DNA of 64,000 bases from NCBI GenBank assembly GCA_963579905.1, contig CAUZIZ010000007.1:1462-65461 (forward strand), in the 5' to 3' direction. Numbering within the stretch: the stretch's first letter is position 1; every line of letters begins with the position of its first letter. A program made the position numbers and the translations under genes. The stretch comes from Acidobacteria bacterium UBA6911 (GTDB taxonomy: Bacteria; Acidobacteriota; UBA6911; RPQK01; JAJDTT01). The notes beneath the pieces are model-generated. The model did no database searches. It was not told where the DNA came from and saw nothing but the letters and a program-made list of their open reading frames with translations. Positions 10,497 to 20,349 of this stretch are shown here, one piece after another.

Positions 10497-11348
10497 TTAT
10501 AGTCGGCAATTATTGATCCGAGTTTCCAGAATCGCCGTTGCACCGATTGCTTCCAACCGGTCCATCACGGCAATGAGTTCCTTACGTTCGACCATGACCT
10601 GCACGGCACACCAGTCTTGGTCTTCTAGCGCATTGATCGTCGGCGAGTTGAAGCCTGGCGTGATCTTCTCGGCGTCGGGCAACTTGGCTCGGGGAACGTT
10701 GTATTCCAGCAAAGACCAGCCACGCGCGATCACCACCCCTTCTAATCGCCGCACGACGCGATCCGCAACGTCCGCTTGCCGCGCAGCACGGTTCTGGACG
10801 AGTACAGTTTCGTACTGACTGATATCGGTGAGAATGCGCAGGCAATTCGCCGCCAGCGTGCTGCCCGTCTGCACCAGATCGACGATCCCTTCCGCCACTC
10901 CCAGCGAAATCATGATCTCGACGGAGCCGGTCAACGGGACTAAATGGACATTCGTCCCGAACTGTTTAAAGAACCGTTCGGTCACGTGCGTGAAACTGGT
11001 CGCCACCCGACAACCGGCCAAATCGGCAGGCGTCTGAAATACCGAATCTTCCGGCACACACACCGACAGTCGACACTTGCCGAAGCCCAACGCCAGCCGC
11101 TCGGTCAGATCGACTCCAGCCTCTTCAACCAGGTCGCCGCCTGTAATTCCCATATCGATCGCGCCTTCGGCACACAGCACTGGGATGTCGTCGGCGCGGA
11201 GGAAAGTGATGTCTACCGGCAATTCGCTGATGCGGGCAAACAGACTCCGCGTTTGACGACGAAAGCTAAGTCCCGCTTGACTCAACAACTCGGCGGCGGC
11301 CTCAGCCAACCGCCCCTTGCTCGGCAACCCTATCCGCAGGTTACTCAT
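10497..11348 (-). CDS. hisG: ATP phosphoribosyltransferase, long form
   Basis: LRIGLPSKGRL, RADDIPVLCAEGAIDMGITG, GSVEIMISLGVAEGIVDLVQTGSTL, C-terminal regulatory domain GFNSPTI. Confidence 0.95.
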   Translation of the reverse strand: MSNLRIGLPSKGRLAEAAAELLSQAGLSFRRQTRSLFARISELPVDITFLRADDIPVLCAEGAIDMGITGGDLVEEAGVDLTERLALGFGKCRLSVCVPEDSVFQTPADLAGCRVATSFTHVTERFFKQFGTNVHLVPLTGSVEIMISLGVAEGIVDLVQTGSTLAANCLRILTDISQYETVLVQNRAARQADVADRVVRRLEGVVIARGWSLLEYNVPRAKLPDAEKITPGFNSPTINALEDQDWCAVQVMVERKELIAVMDRLEAIGATAILETRINNCRL

Positions 11349-11697
11349 CAGACACCCCTCTCGCGTCGCGCGCGGCCTTCTCGTCCAGGCCCGAGACCCC
11401 AAATCGCCGCTCTAGCTCCGCCTCGAGCTGCTCCAGAGGAATGCCACAATGGCCCAGCAAGACGAACAGGTGATAGATCAGATCGGCCGCCTCATGGACG
11501 ACATGTTGCTGCCGGGTATCGGCTGGCTCGGTGCCGGCTCCGACGACCTCGTTGGCCTCCTCGATGATCTTGCTGCCGATCTTGGCAACACCCCCTTGAA
11601 ACAGGCTCGCCGTGTATGAGCATGCAGGCGGATTCGCCTTGCGGGCTGTGATTACAGACATCAACTGCGAAAATACGCTGGAATTTGATATCGCCAT
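11341..11697 (-). CDS. hisE: Phosphoribosyl-ATP pyrophosphatase
   Basis: SYTASLFQGG, KIIEEANEVV, HEAADLIYHLFVLL; overlaps the hisG start. Confidence 0.9.
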   Translation of the reverse strand: MAISNSSVFSQLMSVITARKANPPACSYTASLFQGGVAKIGSKIIEEANEVVGAGTEPADTRQQHVVHEAADLIYHLFVLLGHCGIPLEQLEAELERRFGVSGLDEKAARDARGVSDE

Positions 11698-11815
11698 GTC
11701 GCTTTCTCCGGAACGGCCTTCATCGGGCAGAAAGCCAGGATACGAGGGGCAAGGAGCTCTAACACTTCCCTTGAGATTAACTGAGAATCGGGACCTTGAA
11801 ACCTGGCTCAGGAGT

Positions 11816-12772
11816 CTACCATGGCATGGATCGCTTGCTGTAGCGGCGTCCTTTATCCGCGGCTTTTTGATTTCCCGAGCCAATCATTACCCCTTCGTCT
11901 ATCATCCGCTCCACCGAGTCTGGAGCCACGCCGTTCAGAAAAGGGATCTTGGCGGCCTTGCAGGCGGAAAAGACACGCTCACGAGCTTCCTTCATCACCT
12001 TTACGTAGTTTTCGCCCTGGCGTCCGGGGAATCCCCAGGACATGCCCATGTCGCTGGGACCCCACTCGGCGAAACCTATGCCGGGTACCCTCACACTCGA
12101 CTCGGCATTCTGGAGTGCGTGGCGATCTTCGATCTTTAGACCCAGCAGGATCTCGCCTTCGGGATTCAGCGGCCAGGGATCGGCGATCTGGAGGTATCTG
12201 TTGGTGTCGATTCCCCAGATCTGGCTGGCGAAACCCTGTCCCCCACTGCCTCTCAAGCCTTCCTTGAGGCCGTTTCCTACACGGCCTTTGTGAAAGGGGT
12301 ATCGGGCTGCCTCCACAAACACGCGGATTGCCTCCGGGGAACGCGCGTGGCAGAGCAAGATCCCATGGGCTCCGGCCGCCAGGACCTGCTGCACCATCCA
12401 GTAGTTCGCCTTCATAGTCGCTTCGTCGATTCCGCCTACGGGCAGCGTGCAGATGACCGCAGGGGTTCGATGTCCACTGCGGGTGGGACCTCCATCTACC
12501 AGACCCTGCATGAATCTCCGCAGGAGAGTCACGTCGTAGGCTCCGTGCTCCATCTCGTAATTGATGTAGTCGGCCCAGGTTTGTGCCAATCGCTTGCCTT
12601 CCTCGTAGCCTCCGTGGGCACCCGTGTAATAGATGGGCTGCCCTTGCTCCAGGAGCTCGATCGCCTTGTTGACTCTTTTCGCCTCGGCGGATTTGCCTGA
12701 GGGATTGACAGTCGAAAGGCCGGCGGCGTAGGTTGAGACAATCAGAAGCGTAAGCAGTCTCGGCTTTTTCAT
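11816..12772 (-). CDS. HpcH/HpaI aldolase family protein with N-terminal signal peptide
   Basis: DYINYEMEHG, LAAGAHGILL, LKIED, FAEWGPSDMGMS; hydrophobic leader. Confidence 0.8.
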   Translation of the reverse strand: MKKPRLLTLLIVSTYAAGLSTVNPSGKSAEAKRVNKAIELLEQGQPIYYTGAHGGYEEGKRLAQTWADYINYEMEHGAYDVTLLRRFMQGLVDGGPTRSGHRTPAVICTLPVGGIDEATMKANYWMVQQVLAAGAHGILLCHARSPEAIRVFVEAARYPFHKGRVGNGLKEGLRGSGGQGFASQIWGIDTNRYLQIADPWPLNPEGEILLGLKIEDRHALQNAESSVRVPGIGFAEWGPSDMGMSWGFPGRQGENYVKVMKEARERVFSACKAAKIPFLNGVAPDSVERMIDEGVMIGSGNQKAADKGRRYSKRSMPW

Positions 12773-12955
12773 GATTTCTCCGTCGAGGAGGCTGTGGAAA
12801 ATTTTGCTGAGGGAACGTCAGAGACGAGTTCCCACGTCCCTCCAAACAAGCTTACATCGAACGGGAGAAACCTTGAAGCATGGGCAACAAGATTGTCCGG
12901 ATAGGCCGACTCTGCAGACTGGGGTTGGAGCCCCAACTAAACGAAGAAGAAAATC

Positions 12956-14002
12956 ATGAAGCCTCTCCAGAGACTCGGGATCTTCATCTCGATCAATATC
13001 TTTGTAGTCACCCTGGTCCAGAGTCCCTTGATGGCCTCGGACGTGAGAGTTCTGGTTTCCCCTGATCAGAAGAAGCAGCTTGCGGAATTGGAACGGAGCC
13101 TACCCAATCTGGAACTGGTCGCGGCGAAATCGGATCAAATACTGGATGTTATCGGCGATTGTGACGCCATCATCGGTCTGGGCTATGGCGGCGATCGTTC
13201 CCGTCAGATCATTCAAGCAGGGAAGAAGTTGCGGTGGGTGCACAGCACTAGCGCGGGTGTGGAAAACACCGTGTGGATTCCCGAGCTGAAAGACAGCGAT
13301 ATCATCCTGACCAATGCCAAGATCTTCCAGGGTCCGGAGATCGCCGACCATGCTTTCGGATTGCTGTTGACCCTGACCCGCAACCTGAAACAGTTCAACC
13401 GGCGGATGGATGAGGGCTGGGAAAGGATTACCCCAGATTTGCCCATCATCGAACTGCGACACAAGACCATTCTGATCGTTGGTCTTGGGGGGATTGGGAC
13501 TCAGATCGCCCAGCGGGCTTCCGCCTTCGACATGCGAGTTCTGGCCGTCGATCCCAAAGATATTCCTCTGATGCACATCGTAGAGCGCGTCGTCAGGCCA
13601 GATCAGCTGCACGAGGTACTTCCTCAGGCCGACGTCGTCGTCAGCTCGGTCCCCCATACCGCTGCGTCCGAGGGCATGTTCGGCAAGAACGAATTTGCCT
13701 TGATGAAGGACGGCGTCTATTTCGTCAACGTCTCACGTGGGAAGGTGGTCCAGACAGAGGCCCTGGTGGAGGCCTTGAGGTCGGGCAAGGTCCGGGCTGC
13801 AGGCCTGGACGTGACCAACCCCGAGCCGCTACCCAAGAACCATCAACTGTGGAAAATGAACAACGTCATCATTACACCCCATATTGCGACGGTTTCGATT
13901 CAATCCCGCACTCGACTTCTCGAACTGATTCGCAGCAATATCGAGCGCTTTGTCACCGGGCGACCCATGCTGAACGTCGTCAACAAGGCAGCCGGGTTCT
14001 AA
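12956..14002 (+). CDS. D-2-hydroxyacid dehydrogenase with signal-like N-terminus
   Basis: IVGLGGIG Rossmann motif, NVSRGKVV, GLDVTNPEPL, TPHIA. Confidence 0.9.
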   Translation: MKPLQRLGIFISINIFVVTLVQSPLMASDVRVLVSPDQKKQLAELERSLPNLELVAAKSDQILDVIGDCDAIIGLGYGGDRSRQIIQAGKKLRWVHSTSAGVENTVWIPELKDSDIILTNAKIFQGPEIADHAFGLLLTLTRNLKQFNRRMDEGWERITPDLPIIELRHKTILIVGLGGIGTQIAQRASAFDMRVLAVDPKDIPLMHIVERVVRPDQLHEVLPQADVVVSSVPHTAASEGMFGKNEFALMKDGVYFVNVSRGKVVQTEALVEALRSGKVRAAGLDVTNPEPLPKNHQLWKMNNVIITPHIATVSIQSRTRLLELIRSNIERFVTGRPMLNVVNKAAGF

Positions 14003-14003
14003 T

Positions 14004-14259
14004 CTAAGCTTGAAACTTCAAGAATTCGTCGCACGTCTGAACGTCGCACGTCTCCTGTCCTCCGAAGGTGCCGCCAACGGGTGAGCTACCAGCGTGCCGA
14101 AGCCAAGTCCGACAGAGCCGCGAACGACTTGAGCCGTTAGCAAAATGAGCCCAGGTTCCGAGGAGAGAGCCGGACAACAGCACAAATCCCCAGTAGCCGG
14201 AAGTTTCCTTCTCGAATGGGGCAGCACCGCTGGGGGGGACTGACCTGAAACTTCATTGG
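14004..14259 (+). repeat. Dispersed repeat family, long copy A
   Basis: CTAAGCTTGAAACTTCAAGAATTCGTCGCACGTC...AACGGGTGAGCTACCAGC...GAGCCGTTAGCAAAATGAGCCCAGGTTCCGAGGAGAGAGCCGGACAAC...TGAAACTTCATTGG, shared with copies at 52094 and 60158. Confidence 0.9.
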
Positions 14260-14288
14260 ATAGGAAATCATGCAGGAGCAGCCGTTTG

Positions 14289-14440
14289 ACAGAGCCGTGA
14301 CTGCGAAGGAGCGGCACCGGCATACCAATGCCGGTAAACAACGAACCTGGCAGACAGTGACCCGAGGACACTCTTCTTTTAGACTCGCCACACGCCCCGA
14401 TCGGTGATCGGGGCCCGCTCCCTCACGGTCACGGCTCTGT
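14289..14440. repeat. Inverted REP pair ACAGAGCCGTGACTGCGAAGGAGCGG / CCGCTCCCTCACGGTCACGGCTCTGT
   Basis: 26-bp imperfect inverted repeats at 14289-14314 and 14415-14440, resembling the AGAGCCGCGACCG.GAGGGAGCGG REP class. Confidence 0.75.
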
Positions 14441-14510
14441 AAGCACGCCGAAGCAACGGAGAGGCGGGATCTTCACCCTTGAGGAAGGCATCTGACGAAA
14501 GAGCAAAACA

Positions 14511-14626
14511 GCGCCGTGAACGGGTGAACTACCAGCGTTACAACGCTAAGTCCGTCAGAGCCGCGAACGACTTGAGCTGTTGGCGACATGAGCCCCGGTT
14601 TTGAGGAGAGAGCCGGACAACAGCAC
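14511..14626 (+). repeat. Dispersed repeat family, core-only copy
   Basis: AACGGGTGAACTACCAGCG...AGAGCCGCGAACGACTTGAGC...ATGAGCCCCGGTT..GAGGAGAGAGCCGGACAAC. Confidence 0.85.
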
Positions 14627-14834
14627 AATCTCCGCTATCCCGACCCCAAGTCAAGGCTCGCAGTTGGACGCTTCGTAGCTTGGGATGGGTTGGCCTTTCA
14701 TATCTCAGACCTCGACCCGGATCGAGCCTTGCCCTCTGGGGGCATTGGAGAACAATCCTGCCCAGGTGCTGTTCATTCCCTGCCTCCTGATGAGATCAAA
14801 CTTTCTTGTTGTGACGCCGACGAAGAAGTCTTTG

Positions 14835-15952
14835 CTACTGGGAGAGCCAGTAGGTGAGCGCCGCGAAGAGGGCAGCTAAAGGCAGGGTGATCAACCAGGA
14901 AATCAGGATCGCCTGGATTGTTCGACGCTTCCCCTGCCGGGTGGCTAGCCCGAGGCCAAAAAGGCTACTGCATGAAACGTGTGTGGTGGATACGGGAATT
15001 CCCCAGCGCGACTCCACTACGACCAGAAACGCAGTCACCAGATTGGCGGCGAACCCCTGCCCGTGGTTCATTCTGGTAATGCCGGTGCTCATGGTCAGGG
15101 CCACGCGGCGGGCGTTGAGGAGCCCCCCAATCGCCATCGTCACTCCCACTACCAAGAAGACTCGGGGCGAGGCTCATCCCGAGCCCTGAGGCCGCGATCA
15201 GCAGAGCAACTATCTTGGGTGCATCGTTGAGTCCTCGGGCAAAGCCAACCACTCCGGCAGAAAGGAAATGGAGATGGTCCAAGATCGATTGGGCATCAAT
15301 GCCAACCAAGCGGCCCTGATAGCGCTCCCTGCAAGACTCCATTTGTCCCACAATGACCCTCAAACCGGTTGACTGAAGCACTGCGCCTCCGCTCGGCTGA
15401 AGTTGAACCGGTTGAGGCTCTTCTCCTTCGACACAAAGGCACATGCGTCGCTCTACGCCCATCCGCAATCGCGCAGCTCGAAAGAGAGGGTAAACACCCG
15501 CCGCCAGAACCAGGCTCAGCAGAGGGCTCAAGCCAAGGGGAAGAAAGAAGCTCGTACCCAATCGGCTCAAGTCGACCGAACCGGCGGCAGTGAGCCCAGC
15601 ACACCTACCAAAGCTCCAGTCAGAGCGTGGGTGGTGGAGATGGGCCATCCTGTCAGGGTCACCAGCATCACCGTGATCGCCGCACCAAGGCCGACGGCGA
15701 ACAGAAACGAAGGGTCGTGCGTGAGCGTCTCTGGCACCAATCCCTTTCCGCTAAATGCCTTCACCAACCGGCCGGAGAGCAGCGCCGCTGCACAGGAACC
15801 CAGCAAGGTCGTCCCCGTTGCCCACCATAGGGCGTGGCGATAGTCGGTTGTACGACTGCCGAACAGAGTTGCCACGCCTTTGAAGTTGTCGTTGGCTCCG
15901 TTGCGTAGGCCAGAAAGAGCATCACGCAGATCAGCCCAAACATCATCGTCAT
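14835..15952 (-). pseudogene. PiT family inorganic phosphate transporter, three frameshifts
   Basis: FLAYA|NGANDNFKGVATLFGS, PISTTHAL.GALVG, GFARGLNDAPKI, PVSTTHVS spread over four ORFs. Confidence 0.9.
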
Positions 15953-16230
15953 CTGAAGTTACTCTACCCCAAGCTTACAAAAGCCAACAACATAAGCGAT
16001 CGAGCCTGTCGGGAATCATACCGGGTGCTCACAGACCGAACTTGCGCTGCTGGGAGCTGCTCGCCTAAACTTCTCCGGTTGCCCGTCCATCGTCGCATTT
16101 GTCATGTTGGGGACAGGGGTCCCAACCGCCGTTTCTCGGAGCGGATCATTGATCGAGGCGATCCTTTAATCGGGCACGATCCGGTGATGCCAGTTGCTAC
16201 CGAAGGGCAGGGCATCAGGACCAGCCGCCC

Positions 16231-17292
16231 ATGATACCAACCAGTGCCCTGACCTTCTGCGTAGCCCTGGTGATTGCGGCCATCTTGACCCCAATCGCCC
16301 GAAGCCTGGCGCTGCGACTAAAGATTCTCGATCAGCCCGACCCTCGCAAGATCCACTCGAGTCCGAAACCACTTCTTGGTGGAGTAGCCATCTATCTTTC
16401 GGTAGTTCTAAGCCTGCTTCTGGTAGTCGAGGCACCACTTCGGATCCAGATAATTTCCCTGGTAGCAGCTGCTACAGTGCTGGTCGCCGTTGGTTTGGCT
16501 GACGATTGCATTTCTCTGAGCGCCCGCCTGAAACTGTTTCTTGCCATCCCCATGGCGGGGTTGATCCTCGCAATCGGAGGATTTCGGGTCACCACGTTCC
16601 CCCTGGGCAGCCTCCTGGACAGCTTACCTGGGGTGGCGCTTGTCTTCAGCTATCTGCTCACAATTCTTTGGGTCGTTGCGATCACCAGCGCCTTCGCAAT
16701 CCTCGACCATATGGATGGACTGTGCGCTGGATTGGCTGCCCTGGCATCTTGCTTCTTCTTGCTTTTTTCTCTCATGCACGATCAGGTTCTGGCCAGCCTT
16801 CTGTCAGCAGCCATGCTGGGTGCCAGCCTGGGTTTCTTGAAGTGGAACTTCAAGCCGGCAACCATCTTCATGGGTGACAGTGGCGCCATGTTTGTGGGAT
16901 TGATGATGTCCGCCATGGGCATCATGCTTGGATTCAACGACATGACAATTCAAACCGGCTGGATGATTCCCATTCTAATTCTCGGCATTCCGATTTTCGA
17001 TAGCACGCTGGTTGTCATCTCCCGCTCCCGTAGAGGGCTCGCACCCTCGCAGTCTCCCGGCAAGGATCATACCGCCCATCGGTTGGCAGCTCTGGGTTTG
17101 GGCGAATACAAAGCGGTCCTTATTCTTTACGGGTGCGGCCTGGGTCTGGGAGGAGCTTCGCTATCGATCGCCTGGTTCACCACGATACAGAGCTGCCTCC
17201 TCTTTAGCGCACTCCTCCTCTGCTGGGTTCTGGCCGTAGTTTGGCTAGAGCGCACACCCTATGAGCGGCAGGAGTCGGGATTGAGCAAATGA
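16231..17292 (+). CDS. MraY/WecA family glycosyltransferase 4 (undecaprenyl-phosphate GlcNAc-1-P transferase)
   Basis: RKIHSSPKPLLGGVAI, GLADD, DHMDGL, FMGDSGA, DHTAHRL; multiple TM segments. Confidence 0.9.
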   Translation: MIPTSALTFCVALVIAAILTPIARSLALRLKILDQPDPRKIHSSPKPLLGGVAIYLSVVLSLLLVVEAPLRIQIISLVAAATVLVAVGLADDCISLSARLKLFLAIPMAGLILAIGGFRVTTFPLGSLLDSLPGVALVFSYLLTILWVVAITSAFAILDHMDGLCAGLAALASCFFLLFSLMHDQVLASLLSAAMLGASLGFLKWNFKPATIFMGDSGAMFVGLMMSAMGIMLGFNDMTIQTGWMIPILILGIPIFDSTLVVISRSRRGLAPSQSPGKDHTAHRLAALGLGEYKAVLILYGCGLGLGGASLSIAWFTTIQSCLLFSALLLCWVLAVVWLERTPYERQESGLSK

Positions 17293-17393
17293 CAGCCAGG
17301 GACTCTTCCAAAAAACCCGAATATTGCCTTGTTTTACATTGGGGGCTATAATTCGGAGATCTTCCGACGCATATCGAACCAAGAGGCTCAGCC

Positions 17394-18365
17394 ATGACCA
17401 AACTTCATCGACGTGATTTCTTGAAGGCACTCCCTGCCAGTGCTGCCGCGCTAGGACCGGCGACACAAGTTCTCTCCAAGCACCACCAGCAGAAGTTGGC
17501 TATTGGTCTTGGCTTCAGCCTGTACAACACCCGAAGCCTCCGCACCCCAGAGGCCATGAGGATGTGCAAACAGGTGGGCTACGATGATGTGGAGCCGGCA
17601 ATCTATCCTGGTTGGCAGGATGACCCCATGGTTCTTTCCAAATCCGCCCGCAGAGAGATCGCCCATCTCTTCGCCGAGTTGGGTTTAGGCCTGAGCGGAC
17701 TGGACGAGGACCTCAGAGTCGACGTGGACGACGCAACACATCGGGAGAATCTGGAACGAATCAAACGGGCGGCACAGCTCTGGCGTGACATCTACCCCTT
17801 CTGGGCTCGCACCCCGAGCCGCCGCAATCGTCTTCCGGTGCTGGTTTTGACCCTGGGCGGGAAGATGGCGGAATGGGAACAGGCGAAACATCGGATGGCT
17901 GAGCGACTGCGAGGGTGGGCCGAGGTGGGCGAGTCCCACCAGATCCTGCTAGCCATCAAACCCCACGTCGGCAACGCCCTGCACTCCCCTGAGGGAGCGC
18001 TCTGGCTGATGCAGCAGGCCGCAAACCCATGGGTCAAGATCACCTACGACTACAGCCATTTCAGGGCTATGAACTACGACATGGTGGACTCTATTCGGCT
18101 TCTGGGATCACACGCCGTTTTTACACACGCCAAAGATGCCACCACCGAAAATGGAAAGACGCGTTTCCTGATGCCGGGTGACGGAGACACCAATTACGTC
18201 ACCTATCTCAAGGAGCTTCAGGCTCAAGGATATCGGGGATCTGTCGTCCTTGAAGTGAGTGGACAGATCCACAGGAAGCCGGGATACGACCCGGTAGCGG
18301 CCGCCAGGCACTGCTATAAGAGCCTTTCCGCTGCCTTCGAAAAGGCCGGGGTCGCCAGGGCCTGA
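17394..18365 (+). CDS. Sugar-phosphate isomerase/epimerase (xylose isomerase-like TIM barrel), Tat signal
   Basis: MTKLHRRDFLK leader, YDYSHF, HAKD, VVLEVS. Confidence 0.85.
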   Translation: MTKLHRRDFLKALPASAAALGPATQVLSKHHQQKLAIGLGFSLYNTRSLRTPEAMRMCKQVGYDDVEPAIYPGWQDDPMVLSKSARREIAHLFAELGLGLSGLDEDLRVDVDDATHRENLERIKRAAQLWRDIYPFWARTPSRRNRLPVLVLTLGGKMAEWEQAKHRMAERLRGWAEVGESHQILLAIKPHVGNALHSPEGALWLMQQAANPWVKITYDYSHFRAMNYDMVDSIRLLGSHAVFTHAKDATTENGKTRFLMPGDGDTNYVTYLKELQAQGYRGSVVLEVSGQIHRKPGYDPVAAARHCYKSLSAAFEKAGVARA

Positions 18366-18485
18366 CAAGATCGCCTGAATCCCAGCTCATAGACCGGCGC
18401 CGCTCACGAGCCACGATTCCCAAGTGGCCGCGCCCTTTGAAACTCGGGATTTAGGATTCGTTTGTATCTTGGAACTCTCTTGGCC

Positions 18486-18782
18486 CTACTGAACTCTCTC
18501 AGATACGGGTTTCATTTGATTGAGAGTGACTGAAGCTTCTGCTGCGTACTGCTGGAGCTGGGTGTTCAGCTTTTCATTGAGTACGACCACAGAGCGGATA
18601 CTCTGGTAGTCCAGCGGCTCTTTCTCCCCTTTGTCATTGATCACGAAGGCGGGGTTGTTCTGGACTATGAAAGCCAGCAGCTGGATCAGAAAGTTGCACT
18701 CTCCTGCCAGGAACTCCCATCGAAACTCCTTGCTGAGGAACTCCTGGATCTTCCGATTCTGTTCTTCTTGAGTTTCATCCAT
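18486..18782 (-). CDS. Hypothetical protein
   Basis: 98-aa ORF co-oriented with its upstream neighbour, natural composition. Confidence 0.6.
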   Translation of the reverse strand: MDETQEEQNRKIQEFLSKEFRWEFLAGECNFLIQLLAFIVQNNPAFVINDKGEKEPLDYQSIRSVVVLNEKLNTQLQQYAAEASVTLNQMKPVSERVQ

Positions 18783-18812
18783 ACACTGCTCTCCGATTAA
18801 GTCGAGAACGCC

Positions 18813-19397
18813 TCACAGCTCTCGGTAGGATTCGGCATAGATTCGTTTGAGAGGGGCCAGACAATAATTCTCAATGAGATCGAATAGAAGGCCTCTCCGC
18901 TTCATCAAGCGTTCCCTGTGACTCGGATTGAGGGCAAAACCAAGCCTGATAATATCGGCTTTGTCCTTGCGAATGTCCAAGGATACGGAGTGGGACATTC
19001 GGGGGTCGAAGTGAACTAGGTCTGCATACGAAAAGTGGTCGAACTCTGGATCGGTCCATGGCTTCTCGTGACGGCTGCCCCAGTAGTAGGCTTTCAGCTT
19101 CTCGACGAAGAGGTCATAGTCGAATCCTGCAGACTTGTTGTTGACGCTGGCCTCGATCATCAGCATCCCATCCGTGCTGTAGGCCCCTAGACCATAGGTA
19201 ACATCGAGTTCCTTTCGCCGTGCGAACTTGACTCGATGGTTCCCCTTTCGATGGAAGCGTTTGACTTCGGGCTCAACACCGAGCTGAAGGCTGTCCTCCT
19301 GGGTTACATAGTTTTCCTTTGAACGTTCGTACCAGTCGTCGATGATTTCGTGAGCAATCTTGTCCAGGTGTTTGAGAGTGCCGTCGCGTGCGTCCAT
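18813..19397 (-). CDS. Hypothetical protein
   Basis: ~195-aa ORF, no recognised motif. Confidence 0.65.
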   Translation of the reverse strand: MDARDGTLKHLDKIAHEIIDDWYERSKENYVTQEDSLQLGVEPEVKRFHRKGNHRVKFARRKELDVTYGLGAYSTDGMLMIEASVNNKSAGFDYDLFVEKLKAYYWGSRHEKPWTDPEFDHFSYADLVHFDPRMSHSVSLDIRKDKADIIRLGFALNPSHRERLMKRRGLLFDLIENYCLAPLKRIYAESYREL

Positions 19398-19455
19398 GGT
19401 CCCGCGTATTGTCACAGAATTGTTTCGTGAAAGTAAATATTGTAAATTGGGTTAG

Positions 19456-20349
19456 ATGCGCGAGCTTCGCATTCTCCTCTGCTGTGGCTTCTGGTTTCTG
19501 AGTTCTTTCCAACAAGCTCCAATCCGGGTCGAGGTAGAAGCGGTCAACGTTCTGGTCTCTGTAACGGATCGAAAGAACAGGTTTGTTACCAATCTGGGTC
19601 AGAACCGATTTCATATCTACGAGAACGGGGTACGCCAGCGCATCACCAACTTCAAGCACGAAACCGAACTTCCTCTGCGGATCGCGCTCCTGATTGATAC
19701 CAGCTCCAGCGTCCGCCTGAAGCTAGACTTCGAGAAAAAGGCGGCCACCCACTTCCTGCGCATGGTTATGCGACCGCCAGACCGTGCCCTTTTGGTTGAA
19801 TTCGATTCCGGCGTGTCCTTGAGGCACGACTTCACTGCCAGTACCGGAGCGATTTCAAAAGAGATACGGGCACTTCGAGCGGGCGGTGGAACCGCTCTTT
19901 TGGATGCTCTTTATACCGTCTCGCGGGAAAAGATGACGGATCCCGGGTCTCGTCAGGCGATCGTGATCCTCTCTGACGGTGTCGATCAGAACAGTCAGCA
20001 CACACTGGAAAACATCGTCGAAGCGGTCCACCGTTCAGGCGCAATGATCTATGCCATCGGGACCACCCGCTTCGGCGCTGAAGTTCAAGAGGTGGGTGAA
20101 AAGACGCTCGAGAAGCTGGCTGATGAGACTGGCGGCAGAGCCTTCTTTCCCTACTCCACCGAAACGCTAACACGTGCTTTCGAGGTGCTCAACGAGGAGC
20201 TGAGAAGCCAATACAGCTTGACTTACGTTCCCAGAAATATGGCCAAGGATGGCACTTTCCGCAAGTTCGAGGTCAAGCTGATCAAGGGGAGAGGGCTCTC
20301 TATTCGTCACCGGAAGGGATACTACGCCGCTACCGCCGAGTCCGACTAA
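19456..20349 (+). CDS. VWA domain protein (Acidobacterial VWFA-related)
   Basis: IRVEVEAVNVLVSVTD, LLIDTSSS MIDAS, GGTALLDA, SDGVD, ELRSQYSLTY. Confidence 0.9.
   Translation: MRELRILLCCGFWFLSSFQQAPIRVEVEAVNVLVSVTDRKNRFVTNLGQNRFHIYENGVRQRITNFKHETELPLRIALLIDTSSSVRLKLDFEKKAATHFLRMVMRPPDRALLVEFDSGVSLRHDFTASTGAISKEIRALRAGGGTALLDALYTVSREKMTDPGSRQAIVILSDGVDQNSQHTLENIVEAVHRSGAMIYAIGTTRFGAEVQEVGEKTLEKLADETGGRAFFPYSTETLTRAFEVLNEELRSQYSLTYVPRNMAKDGTFRKFEVKLIKGRGLSIRHRKGYYAATAESD

Noticed and set aside
14070-14145. Repeat core as an integron attC site (CGCCAAC...GTTAGC)
   Set aside because: The R boxes resemble attC, but the L''/L' boxes do not pair at canonical spacing, conservation extends well past GTT, copies are not arrayed between cassettes, and no integrase is in the window
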